This document shows, in pieces, positions 12,921 through 24,494 of a DNA stretch of 64,000 bases. Source of the stretch: Macrostomum lignano (lineage: Eukaryota); assembly GCA_002269645.1 (NCBI GenBank), contig NIVC01000196.1:55391-119390 (forward strand), given 5' to 3'. The notes below the pieces were generated by a model. It searched no databases and was not told the DNA's origin. It worked only from the letters and a program-made list of their open reading frames with translations. Both the position numbers and the translations under genes were made by a program. Every line of letters begins with the position of its first letter. Positions within the stretch are counted from its first letter, which is position 1.

Positions 12921-13066
12921 CTCAGCTGATAGCTACTCAGCACCATCTCACCACTCAGCTGATAGCTACTCAGCACCAACTCACCACTCAGCTGATAGCT
13001 ACTCAGCACCATCTCACCGCTCAGCTGATAGCTACTCAGCACAATCTCACCGCTCATCTACTCAGC
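12921..13066. repeat. 33-bp tandem repeat, about 4 copies, immediately 3' of the MCMDC2 stop
   Basis: ctcagctgatagctactcagcaccatctcacca repeated. Confidence 0.9.
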
Positions 13067-13072
13067 CCCATC

Positions 13073-13474
13073 TCACTCCTCAACAACGGGCAAGTCTTTA
13101 TCCATAAAAGCCTTCACAGCTTCCTGGAAGCTGTTCAGACAGGCGTCAAACTCTTCGGCCACTCGGGCGTCCAGCTGCTGCAGGTGGCCCAAATAAGAGA
13201 TGGAGAAATGCGAAGAGCCAAGCAGACAGTAAGCCGACACCTCCAGCAGGTAGGCGGCCAGAACGACGTCTTCGGTCAGCACTGTGGAGCGACAGTTGAG
13301 CCTGGCGTGGCCGGCAGCCAAGGCGGTGAGCGTCGCCATCGAGTCCAGGCCGAAGCTGAGCCGCTTCGCTTCAAATACGCGCCGGCCAGCCATGAAGTGG
13401 CGCTGGAGAGTCTCGGCGGCCGCATCGTCGAGTTGACACGGCCGGTGGCGCTGGCTGAGCACCTGGGCTACCAC
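13073..13474 (-). CDS. MCMDC2: MCM domain-containing protein 2, exon 5 (last)
   Basis: Acceptor ttctccag|GTG; RHFMAGRR...AGHARLNCRSTVLTEDVVLAAYLLE resembles MCMDC2 YYLASRR...EAHARLNLRNKVLKEDVLIAALLFE; TGA at 13073. Confidence 0.85.
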   Translation of the reverse strand: MVAQVLSQRHRPCQLDDAAAETLQRHFMAGRRVFEAKRLSFGLDSMATLTALAAGHARLNCRSTVLTEDVVLAAYLLEVSAYCLLGSSHFSISYLGHLQQLDARVAEEFDACLNSFQEAVKAFMDKDLPVVEE

Positions 13475-13885
13475 CTGGAGAATGCGGAGATTCGAGACTG
13501 AGACCTGTGCATGTGGACTATCCTGAGACCTCAGCACCTGGGCTTATCACCTGGAGTATGCAGAGATTCAAGACTGAGACCTGAGCACCTGGGCTATCAC
13601 CTGGAGAATACAAAGATTCGAGACTGAGACCCGAGCACCTGGGCTATCACCTGGGAGAAGGCGGAGATTCGAGACTGAGACCCGAGCACCTGGGCTATCA
13701 CCTGAGAGAAGGCGGAGATTCGAGACTGAGACCTCAGCACCTGGGCTATCACCTGGAGAATGCAGAGATTCGAGACTGAGAGACCTCAGCACCTGTGCTA
13801 TCACCTGGAGAATGCAGAGATTCGAGACTGAGACCCGAGCACCTGGACTATCACATGGAGAATGCAGAGATTCGAGACTGAGATA
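13455..13885. repeat. 50-bp minisatellite built from the MCMDC2 intron 4/exon 5 junction, about 8 units
   Basis: Minus-strand unit tctcagtctcgaatctctgcattctccag|gtgatagcccaggtgctcagg; the last unit is the real acceptor plus exon start. Confidence 0.93.
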
Positions 13886-13956
13886 CGAGTATTCTTAGCA
13901 CAATTAACCCGGTCTAAAATGCCTAATATCAAAGCAGCTAAAAGCAATTTGCTTAC

Positions 13957-14403
13957 CTCAGACGACTTGGCGCGCAGCTCTTCGCCTTCGCCGCAGGCAA
14001 TGGTCAGGCGGTGCGCCGCGGCCGCCTCGTGGTCGGGCTCCTCACATTCGATGTACAGCCGGAAGCGGCTGAGCAAGCTGCGCAATTCGGGTCGGACACC
14101 CAGTAGCTCCCGTTTCAATCCCATAGACGACAGCTGATCGTCAACGTCGGCTTGATCGTTGCCATAGCAACCATCGGCTTCCGGCGCCACTCGACGACCG
14201 CAGGCGGCTCGTTCAAGCAGGCCGAGAATGCCGCAGAGCAGCGGCGGTCCCGAGCGGACAACGGGCGGGTTGGGCGCTGCGGCCATTCCGGCCTCCATAG
14301 CCCAGGCCAAGCTGTGCAGGTCCGGAGTTCGCATCCCCGCCAGATAAGGGAACACGGCCAAGTTGCCGGGACCGGCCAGGGCGAGAGTGCCCGCTTCCGC
14401 TGC
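13957..14403 (-). CDS. MCMDC2: MCMDC2 exon 4
   Basis: Acceptor ccgacag|GCA, AAEAGTLALAG (degenerate MCM EAGALVLAD motif), donor GAG|gtaagc, 447 nt phase 0/0. Confidence 0.8.
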
Positions 14404-14514
14404 CTGTCGGATGGGAGGTGAAAATAATTACAATAGCTGCGTAATGCCTACTCTTGGGAATTTGAGATTGGGTGGAAATTCGATTCTTCAAAATTGACAA
14501 TAAATCAGATTTCT

Positions 14515-14722
14515 AATAAATGGCAGTCCATTCCTAGAAACATGACAATAAATGGCAGTCCATTCCTGGAAACATGGCAATAAATGGCAGTCCATTCCTG
14601 GAAACATGGCAATAAATGGCAGTCCATTCCTAGAAACATGGCAATAAATGGCAGTCCATTCCTAGAAACATGGCAATAAATGGCAGTCCATTCCTAGAAA
14701 CATGACAATAAATGACAGTCCA
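14515..14722. repeat. 32-bp tandem repeat, about 6.5 copies (MCMDC2 intron 3)
   Basis: aataaatggcagtccattcctagaaacatggc repeated. Confidence 0.92.
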
Positions 14723-14817
14723 CAATTTTTTCCTAAGGATATAAGAATAGCCAAAAAAAATCATATTCCTACAAACATTCAAAAGTTCAGTAATTTTTCT
14801 GATTATCCCTGCCTCAC

Positions 14818-15172
14818 CTGGGCGGCGGGCCCCCACCAGGGCAGCTTGGCGGCCAGAGCGGCGGCAACCGGCACGCCGCTACGGTGAACGACGCAGGCGT
14901 CGCCAAGAGCGGCGGTCAGAGACTGCAACAGGCAATGTACCGAATTATAATCGCCAGGCGACATAATGCATAGCGACACTGGTCGCAGTCTCTCCGCTTC
15001 ATCAACGCAATTGTATTGATCGTCGCCTACAGCGGCCAGCAGTTGCATCAGGATGGCGAGTTTGACGGTCATCCAGGAGCCCGGGGGGCTGGCGTCAGCG
15101 CACAGGTAGAAGGCCGCATGCAGGGCGGCGCCGTACCGACTGCCCGACAGGTCGTCTTGAATGTGCAGCGGC
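14818..15172 (-). CDS. MCMDC2: MCMDC2 exon 3
   Basis: Acceptor ttacag|G, PPGSWMTVKLAILMQL (cf. MCMDC2 PPGTYNLLKLCLLMSL), donor CAG|gtgagg, 355 nt phase 2/0. Confidence 0.85.
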
Positions 15173-15351
15173 CTGTAAGTAGTGGGTGCGGTAAATGGGG
15201 TTGGGATGGGTCTTGGAAGCAAGCGAGAGTTGGAGAAACTAATTTACTATGAGAATTATACTGGCTTATTACAGTAGCCAGTGAGATTCATTGTTAATCT
15301 CCCGATGGGATCACAGTATCCCTGTTATGTTATGTTAAACTGAAACGGAAG

Positions 15352-15795
15352 CACGAGAATTGACTGCAGACGATTTAGGTTAGGTTGGGGTTATGGTTTA
15401 GGTTAAGTTGGGGTTTAGGTTAGGGTTTGGGTAGGGTTGCTGGGTTGGGGTTATGGATTACGTCAGGTTGTGGGTCAGGGTTTAGGTTAGGTTAGGGTTT
15501 TGGTTTAGTCTTAGATTAGGGTTTATGTTTAGGGTTAGGGTTTAGGCTAGGTAGGGTTTTGGTTTAGGGTTTAGGTTTAGGGCTTAGGGTTTAGGTTTAG
15601 GGTTCAGGTTTAGGGTTCAGGTTTAGGGTTCAGGTTTAGGCTTTAGGCTAGATTAGGGTTTAGGTCTAGGGTTAGGGTTTACGCTGGGTTAGGGTTTAGA
15701 TTAGGGTTTAGACTAGGTTCGGGTTAGTTTAGGGTTAGATTTAGGATTAGGTTCGGCAGTCAACTCGTGGCAGTCAAATTGTGACTAGTCAATTA
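15352..15795. repeat. Degenerate (T)TTAGGG telomere-like tract (about 15375-15753) bracketed by short inverted repeats; probable MITE
   Basis: ttaggg/tttaggg/ttagg variants; flanks cacgagaattgactgc and gcagtcaactcgtg are reverse complements; tgactagtca palindrome at 15782. Confidence 0.75.
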
Positions 15796-15841
15796 TCATA
15801 GATCCAACTGGAACACCCCAATTCAACTCTCTCAGACTCAC

Positions 15842-16239
15842 CTGACATCAGGCCCGTCCATTAGCTCACTCAGCACCGGTTCGCAGTCGACAATCTCAAA
15901 ATGGCAGCCCTGGCCGACAGCGTCCGCCACTGGCAGGCCGATGAGGCGGCAACGCCGGCCAAGCGCCAGCTGCCTAATCAGCCGGTTGCCAATAGCAACG
16001 CATCGGATTGGACGGCGAATGCCAGAACTGGCCGGCTGGTTAGGCAGGGCGATGGCCAGCAGTCGCGGCGACTGCACCCGGCCGGCGGCAATTTCGGACA
16101 TGACCGAGCCGCAAGCCGGACAGGGAACGCTGGGCGCACCAGATGTGGACTCGGGCATTGATATGGCGGTTGCTAAGGCGTATCCAGGGCGACGCTGCAG
16201 CATCAGGGAGCTGCAGCCGCCGCTGGCGTCTTTACTATG

Positions 16240-16284
<45 letters not shown>

Positions 16285-16378
16285 TTTGGCATCAGCGTCA
16301 TTGTTTTCGTTGCAGTCGTCGTTCTTCCGGACCAGAGCCACTGGACATTGCGGATCGCGGCACTCAAATCGAATGGCT
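15842..16378 (-). CDS. MCMDC2: MCMDC2 exon 2 (zinc-finger/OB region with a poly-Asp insertion)
   Basis: Acceptor ttgcag|A, FECRDPQC...CPACGSVMSE, donor AG|gtgagt, 537 nt phase 2/2. Confidence 0.82.
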
Positions 16379-16407
16379 CTGCAATGCGCGAGTTTCAATG
16401 CTTTTAG

Positions 16408-16912
16408 ACTGCTGAATCGGCTTCTATAGGGTGCTGAATTGGCTTCTATAGGGTGCTGAATTGGCTTCTATAGGGTGCTGAATTGGCTTCTATAGGGTGC
16501 TGAATTGGCTTCTATAGGGTGCTGAATTGGCTTCTATAGGGTATTGAACTGGCTTCTATAGGGTATTGAATTGGCTTCTATAGGGTGCTGAATTGGCTTC
16601 TATAGGGTATTGAATTGGCTTCTATAGGGTGCTGAATTGGCTTCTATAGGGTGATGAATTGGCTTCTATAGGGTGCTGAATTGGCTTCTATAGGGTATTG
16701 AATTGGCTTCTATAGGGTGCTGAATTGGCTTCTATAGGGTGATGAATTGGCTTCTATAGGGTGCTGAATTGGCTTCTATAGGGTGCTGAATTGGCTTCTA
16801 TAGGGTGATGAATTGGCTTCTATAGGGTGCTGAATTGGCTTCTATAGGGTGCTGAATTGGCTTCTATAGGGTGATGAATTGGCTTTTATAGGGTGCTGAA
16901 TTGGCTTCTATA
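16408..16912. repeat. 22-bp minisatellite, about 23 copies (MCMDC2 intron 1)
   Basis: ggcttctatagggtgctgaatt repeated. Confidence 0.95.
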
Positions 16913-16964
16913 AGGTGAGAATAAGCAAATCGCAATGAGAACCGCCCCCACCCCGCAGACATAC

Positions 16965-17431
16965 CTATCGCACAGCGCCGTCTCATCAACGCAGACAATC
17001 TGACAGTCGAGGCAGCTCAACCGGCCAAGCCGAGTGCGCATCTGTTTAGCGCTGGCAACCCCGGCTGCGGCGCCGGGAAACTGAAAGATTCTGGGCAGAA
17101 CCAGCAGTTGGCCGGGCAGCGGGCTGCGGCCTATGCTGGCTGTGGTAGCTGAGCAGAGCAGACTGGCAATAGCGTCAATACAGCCAGCAAAGTCTGTTAT
17201 AAACAGTTGGGCCAGCATCGGCTGAGACTCGGCAAGCAGAGGAAAATCGATGGGTACGCAGACTTCCTTTAGAATCTCGTCCGAGTGGCAGCGCTCGCAC
17301 AGGCGGTCAATATCGTCAAGTAGGTCTTGCAAAGTGCCGGCGTAATCAAAGTAAAGCAGCCAGGACTCCTGCTCTTCGGTTTCAGATTCAGAATCGATGT
17401 CGAAATTGAGGGAATCTGGAGATGCGGACAT
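16965..17431 (-). CDS. MCMDC2: MCMDC2 exon 1
   Basis: ATG 17431, LLYFDYAGTLQDLLDDI..., donor AG|gtatgt, 467 nt phase 2. Confidence 0.8.
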
Positions 17432-17732
17432 GTCTCAAGACTGGCATGAATTGCAAAAGATTTGGTAAGGAAACACCTTATATATACTGCTGTATTATTA
17501 TACACAAAGACCCAACTAATTCAACAAGTATTTAAGTGATTTATTATAATCTTACTTCTATAGGGAGCACTGGCTTTAGTTCAAAGGCTACAAATGAGGG
17601 CACTGGCTTCTATTAAAAATGGGGTACTGCAATCTGGCTTCAATCTACTAGGAAAGGCACAGGATTTATTCTACTAGGAAAAGCCTTGTTGCCTTATTTA
17701 TATTATAGTGTTTTGCTCCATCTATCAAGAAA

Positions 17733-17848
17733 TTCCTAAAGCTGGGATGTCAAGGCTTATGTAGGAATTCCTAAGATGTCAAGGCTTATAGTAGGAATTG
17801 CTGAAAGATCAAGGCTGATGGGAAGAATTGCTGAGATGTCAAGGCTAA
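17733..17848. repeat. Degenerate ~30-bp tandem repeat, about 4 copies
   Basis: gaatt(c/g)ct(a/g)agatgtcaaggct recurs. Confidence 0.6.
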
Positions 17849-19167
17849 GAAATGAGAATACAGAAGGTATATACAGTTTATAGGCTTTTCAAAAAATTAT
17901 TTTGTTGGCTCCCAATCCAAATAGGGAGGCACTAATGGTAAGTTTAAATCTAAACTATAATTGTACATAATTGCCCTGCTAACAAATTTTCCTCTTTATA
18001 TAAAAAAGGCTTAGGCTCTAATTAAAACTATTTAATTTTCTAGCTTATTATATTTAATTAATTATGATTTTTCTTGATTTTTCTAGATTTTTAGGCTTAT
18101 AACAGCTAATAAATTCATGGAAACATAAATAGGCCTAACCAACTTTATTTTATGGAGACTAATGACCTAACTATCTATATCAACACTATATAGACCTTTG
18201 GCCTATTCTAAGGCCAAAAGTAAAGCAATTCATAGTACTTTTAATGCCTTATCAATGCCTTATCTATAGCATTGCTTTTTTCTAGGGAAAGTTTGATAAC
18301 TTTCTCTTAGAATAAGAAACTTAAGCAAATAAATGCTATATAAGTTTTTGTTCCCAAATTGCCATACAACGATTTTATCTTAGTGAAAATATTAAAAATA
18401 TCATAACTAATTTTATATAGTAAACAATGAGATCAGGGACATAAGAGGTGACTTGACTAGGGAGATATATCCCTTCCCAAATAGCCAAAAAATGTTTCTT
18501 TGAAGTTTGCGCTTTTAGGGGTATCTTAGGCCTATTTCATTCTAAAGAAAATTTATAGCTATGATTTTGCATGATATTACCAAAAGCTGTATGATGTAAA
18601 GAAAATTAGGGCTTAGGCTTTTAAATTTAAAATTCAAAACTTAAACTTTTAAAACTCAAAGTTTTTATATTATATTTAAAAAAATAGTAAGCTATAAAAC
18701 ATAAAAATTAGCATTATTGGGCCAAAATATCAAGCCAATGTAGGCCTTAATAAACTTTTAAAAATCAGATTTTTTATTAGTATTATTGAATTTAATTTAA
18801 TTTAATTTTTTACAAAATTCCTAGGCCCTACTTTTTCGAACTACTTTTGCAAAAATAGCAAAAAAGCCTTTTATAGGGGCCTAGTCATCTTGGCTTAGGC
18901 CTATGCATTTTTTGGCCTAGGCTTTCTTCATATTGGGATATTGCTGCAAAGTTTTTTATAATAGGCCTATTAGGCCTAGTTTTATTTGCTGGATAGGGCC
19001 TATTCGAGAAAAACTATTTATGTGTATGGCAATGCAGTGCATTTTAGATTAAGCTCGAGACAACTAGCTTTGATTTGGAGGGTTTCTCTCATTTCTTAGG
19101 GGCCTACAACTGCAAGTGATGCCAACGCCAATGGGCAATGGCAATGTCAAATGACAATGCCAATGAA

Positions 19168-19342
19168 CAGGGGCATAGCGAAGGGGAGTCATGACCCCCC
19201 CCCAGCCGGCTGATCCAGGCCAAATTTTCAGGCCCCCTCCCCCGTCGCAGAGGCCTAGCACCCTCTGCCCCCGGTTGCCACTGTGAGCCTGTGACTGACT
19301 GTGACCCCCCCCCCCCAGAAGGAAATCCTGGCTACGCCACTG
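19168..19342. mobile_element. 175-bp hAT-type MITE
   Basis: TIR caggggcatagc / gctacgccactg (10/12); perfect 8-bp TSD ccaatgaa at 19160-19167 and 19343-19350. Confidence 0.8.
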
Positions 19343-20014
19343 CCAATGAATGAATACAGTGGATTCTTCTGTCGGTACATTAAATATTTACAAATTACTG
19401 AAACTGGATTCTGGGATAGAAAATTTAACAGAGCTCGCTTATTACTTCTATAATAGATAAACAATAGACTAAATTTAGTTTAGTAAAGCTTTGAAAAAAA
19501 ATCTAGTAAAAACCAGCTAGCAACTTTGAAAAGTTCTCAAGTTCCAGTTTTTTTCTGCGCCAGTTCCAAAACGAGAGGGAAATATTAGCTAGCAGCACTT
19601 ACAGCCTCTCTATTGAAAAACCTATACTTTCAAAAATGACTTTTACAACTCATTTTTTATGTCTAGAATTATCTGTTATTAGTTTTATTTTGTTAATGCA
19701 ACAGATTTTAGAACGCGCGTTTTTTAAACAGCTAAACTTAACAAGTTTCGATGAAATTTGTATTGGCGACACGACGAGCCTTTGACTGAACTACAGCTAC
19801 AGGTATACGATGCGGCTTAACCGACCAGGACAATACCGAATAATTACTTGCTAGTCTAGGGTCTAACTTTTAGCAGTGTTGTCGAATAATAATACTTGTA
19901 GGTTATAAAAATGTTTATCTGCGAATTTCAACAATGCTGAATTCTATTGACTTACTAGTACTAGTACCACCAACTATACCATAAAGCTTTTTAATGATTC
20001 CTCTAATATAAGTT

Positions 20015-20108
20015 ATGGGCAAATATGTCCTGCTATCTGCTCTGGCCACCTTAATATTATGCCTAAATATTTCTCAGCATAATGTAGAATCTAAAACAAG
20101 AGAGACAT
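20015..20108 (+). CDS. CUB-LDLa-TM receptor, exon 1 (signal peptide)
   Basis: MGKYVLLSALATLILCLNISQHNVESKTRET, donor T|gtaagt, phase 1 matching the next exon; not in the ORF track (too short). Confidence 0.75.
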
Positions 20109-22097
20109 GTAAGTTATGTGTGTATCTTTTTGTTTTTTTAAAAGCATTTTTTTGTAGGCCCTATATAATAGTCAAAAATTCAAATTCAAATTGATTGAAT
20201 TTTGGTAGAATTTGTAAAATTTTAATCATGTTTTTGATAGAAAATAAAGTCAGTAACATTGATAAAATATTTTTTAAATTCAATATAGGCCCCTAATTTA
20301 TTTAATCACAGGGGCCTACTATCTTTTGAATAGAATCCACTTTAGTAATAGCCACTTTGCCTTTGGTAACAAAGCAGATTTACAACTTTCAACAGTTTAT
20401 ATTTATGCTTATAAATTTTAGCAATAATTAGTTTATTAGTTAACATTTCAAATGTCTTACTACTATATACAGTTAAGTTTTCTAGTTAAACTATATTATA
20501 ATTTGTTTAAACTTGTGCATTAACTTTATAAAAATTTTGAAGACAAAGAAAATTAAACAAAGCTTGCATACATTGAAATTGAAAATTGAAAACAATTAAT
20601 AAAGAAAACAATAGATTCTGTAATTTTAAGTCATTATTTACTAACTAGATTATAGATTATTATGTACATACTACACAATATTTGGTCAATTACAGGGTGT
20701 CTTGATGCATCACATATTTGACTCATCTAGAAATTAAAATAGATCAATTAAAATACTTTTAAACAAGTAAACACATGCAAGTAAAATTGACTGATTTCAC
20801 TTATTATATTTTTTGCCTCATTTGCTAGCAGGGTTTTATTTTTTGCTAAAGACAAGGTGTGAAATCACACCCTGTGCTCAATTTTAAGATGCAATTTTAA
20901 GGCTCAAAGTGTAGTTTCTCTTTTTTCTTATTTGAAGGCAGTGCAAATGAGGCTTCAATCGAAAAAAGAAAAAATTAGGGTACATTTGGACACTGCGCAT
21001 GAAAAGAAACCTAATTTGTTAGGTAATATTTATAGTATAGAAAATATTTTGTTGATAATAAACTATAATTTTGTAAGTTGTAGCACTTAAAACATTAAAT
21101 CAAGAGTTTAAGGCTTATAAAAATATGACAATCCTTCTTTTAATTATTGAAAATTATTTTTACATGTTTTATAAAATAATAAAACATGGCAAGTATAATA
21201 TGCATAATAAAAAAATATAGATTTACATATGACTATCTATAATTTATCAGATAGAAAGTTTTAATTGGTATATGTCTTGTATTGTATTGTATATTTATAT
21301 ATTATTTGTTTTATTATGTCTAAAGTACCCAAAGTCTAAAGTATTGGGTCATTCTACAAGAGGGTCCTATCATGTTTTTGAACTTTAAGCACTTGTAACT
21401 TTTAAACCATAATAGATAAAACAAAGCTTTAAAAAGCTATCTATGTCAAACTTCTAGTTCTTTATTTTTCGCATAGCTGCTTATGAATTCTGAAACAATT
21501 AAACATATAGCAGAGCCATAAACTATGCTAATGGTCATTTTTAATTACCAAAAAACTATCAACATAGTTTATGCTCTGCTATGTATTAGGCTTATATCAA
21601 TATTAATACTATTAGGCTATACACCTAGGTACACTTTGAGTGTCATTGTTGAAACTAGCTAGAGTCATTTTTGCCATTCTACTGATTCCTCCTAAGTAGG
21701 CACACAAGTGCTTAGATATGTGCATAGTCATATGCATAGATGCACACTCATATAGGAGTGTACAGGGGCACTAACTTTATTTTTTATTAGCCATGTACTC
21801 TTCACTGTGCCTTGGGGGTTGGCCCTTAAGGGCATTAACTTAGCCCCAGTGAAATAAAGTCGTCAGAAATTTATTGCGACACAAAAGCACAAGCAGACAT
21901 AGCAGCTTAGCCAGCTTTTGCACATGTATGCTCCTTGGCCTTGATGCTTGGTACCTCAGCAAATCCCCCGTGAGATCCCCCATGATCTCTCTAAGTTGAG
22001 ATTAAAATGGAATGCAATTTTTTTATTGTTTCAAACGTGTCATTCATTCAGGACCAATCATTCCCAGCCTTTTAAACAATTTACCACTTGGCAACAG

Positions 22098-22461
22098 ATT
22101 ACCTCACTCGCGACTGTCAGTATCAGAATGGCGCCGCTGGCACTGGCAAAGGCGTTATGCGCACCCGAGTCACGTCGGCGCAGATTCTATCCCACCGATT
22201 TGGCAAGGAGCCATATCCAGCAAATTTCTCCTGCGAAGTCTATTTGTCTACTAGAAGCACAGATCGATTCCTTGTGTGGTTCAACCATCTGTACATACCG
22301 GATGTTGACCAAATGTGCGAAAACGTGCTGCACTGTTTCAATACCAACACGCCAATTAGCGAGGGCATGCAGGAGGCTGGCGGCCAGACTGGGCTGTGCA
22401 AACGGTCCTATCCTAAGCAGCCGCTTGTTACTACTGCGCACTACTTCACGTTTACGTTTAG
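22098..22461 (+). CDS. CUB-LDLa-TM receptor, exon 2 (CUB domain)
   Basis: Acceptor caacag|AT, ILSHRFGKEPYPANFSCEVYL...FLVWFNHLYIP...C...GLC...TTAHYFTFTF, donor AG|gtaagc; phase 1/2. Confidence 0.8.
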
Positions 22462-22539
22462 GTAAGCGCTTGAGCTTGTTTAGTTTCTCATTGGTAGCTA
22501 CTTTACCAACTCTAGTCAGTCATTCAGTAGCTACATGAA

Positions 22540-23655
22540 CTAGACCCACCTCTAAGTCCTTCAGTAGCTACTAGACCCACCTCAAAGTCCTTCAGTAGCT
22601 ACTAGACCCACCTCTAAGTCCTTCAGTAGCTACTAGACCCACCTCAAAGTCCTTCAGTAGCTACTAGACCCACCTCTCAAAGTCCTTCAGTAGCTACTAG
22701 ACCCACCTCAAAGTCCTTCAGTAGCTACTAGACCCACCTCTCAAAGTCCTTCAGTAGCTACTAGACCCACCTCAAAGTCCTTCAGTAGCTACTAGACCCA
22801 CCTCTCAAAGTCCTTCAGTAGCTACTAGACCCACCTCAAAGTCCTTCAGTAGCTACTAGACCCACCTCAAAGTCCTTCAGTAGCTACTAGACCCACCTCT
22901 CAAAGTCCTTCAGTAGCTACTAGACCCACCTCAAAGTCCTTCAGTAGCTACTAGACCCACCTCAAAGTCCTTCAGTAGCTACTAGACCCACCTCAAAGTC
23001 CTTCAGTAGCTACTAGACCCACCTCTCAAAGTCCTTCAGTAGCTACTAGACCCACCTCAAAGTCCTTCAGTAGCTACTAGACCCACCTCAAAGTCCTTCA
23101 GTAGCTACTAGACCCACCTCTCAAAGTCCTTCAGTAGCTACTAGACCCACCTCAAAGTCCTTCAGTAGCTACTAGACCCACCTCTCAAAGTCCTTCAGTA
23201 GCTACTAGACCCACCTCAAAGTCCTTCAGTAGCTACTAGACCCACCTCTCAAAGTCCTTCAGTAGCTACTAGACCCACCTCAAAGTCCTTCAGTAGCTAC
23301 TAGACCCACCTCTACTAGTCCTTCAGTAGCTACTAGACCCACCTCAAAGTCCTTCAGTAACTACTAGACCCACCTCTGAAAGTCCTTCAGTAGCTACTAG
23401 ACCCACCTCAAAGTCCTTCAGTAGCTACTAGACCCACCTCTCAAAGTCCTTCAGTAGCTACTAGACCCACCTCAAAGTCCTTCAGTAGCTACTAGACCCA
23501 CCTCTCAAAGTCCTTCAGTAGCTACTAGACCCACCTCAAAGTCCTTCAGTAGCTACTAGACCCACCTCTCAAAGTCCTTCAGTAACTACTAGACCCACCT
23601 CTACTAGTCCTTCAGTAACTACTAGACCCACCTCTGAGTCCTTCAGTAGCTACTA
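22540..23655. repeat. 31/33-bp minisatellite, about 35 copies
   Basis: tagacccacc(tc)tcaaagtccttcagtagctac repeated. Confidence 0.95.
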
Positions 23656-24494
23656 AGAACATCCTCAGTAATCCTTTAGAAGCCTACCATCCCTAGCCTT
23701 CCTAACATGGCTACCTACGAGTACTTGCATCAATAGACAATATGTTTATTCCGCAGAAGGCGGAGATAAACAAGTAAAAAATGACTAGAGCAAACAGTTA
23801 GGGATGCTGTGTTGAGAGCTCTAATGGAAAAAATTGGAATGCAAGCTTTTGGCTTGGCAACATTGATTAGGCGTCAGTCAGCGGCTCAGTCTATTTCTTA
23901 TCCTCTGCTCCCGCCAGAGACTTTTCTGGTTTCTGCGCAGTCATTCCGTAGCGTCGATATTCGGTTTTCTGGATATACTCGTATGCCTGTTAACAAGAGA
24001 TTGGGAACTGTGTGCATGCATGAGAGGAGGAAGAGAGTGTCCTATACGACTAATACATGGATTTATGGGAAGAAATGAAGTCAGCCGCCTTGAGCCGAGG
24101 GATTTCTCCAATAAAGAAGAGCTGAGGCTTGCCATACTTGGTTGGTAGTTCAGGCGCCGCCTTCTGCTTGGTCTGGGTCTGCTATTCTACAGCTCGTTCA
24201 TCTGATTACTAATAAGAAAACTGAATTACCGCCTTCTAGGATGGGTTATTTGATGCTGCTTAATAACTGCTTTTTATTGCTGTCAGGAAAATAGTTCGTT
24301 GCTTGCCTCGTTCGTAGACGAGTGCCCAAAATTTATTACCGTAATAGCTGCGTTTATAGGACTTTTTAAGAACAGTTTATTAAAAAATTTCATCCCAATA
24401 TAAATCATTTATTGACTTTTCTTCAATTTATGCTTAGTCTAAAAAATCTAAACCGTAGCATAGATTTACTGCTTTAAAAAACTGTGCCTGGTCC

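Noticed and set aside
13184-16415. Plus-strand ORFs over MCMDC2 exons, and similar antisense ORFs over the CUB, PRPS and GPCR exons
   Set aside because: Antisense shadows of GC-rich coding exons; no recognisable motifs
23950-24150. Tc1-like transposase tail (DLWEEMK...RDFSNKEELRLAIL.W across frames)
   Set aside because: Needs a frameshift, lacks the SPDLNPIEN motif and has no TIRs; too weak
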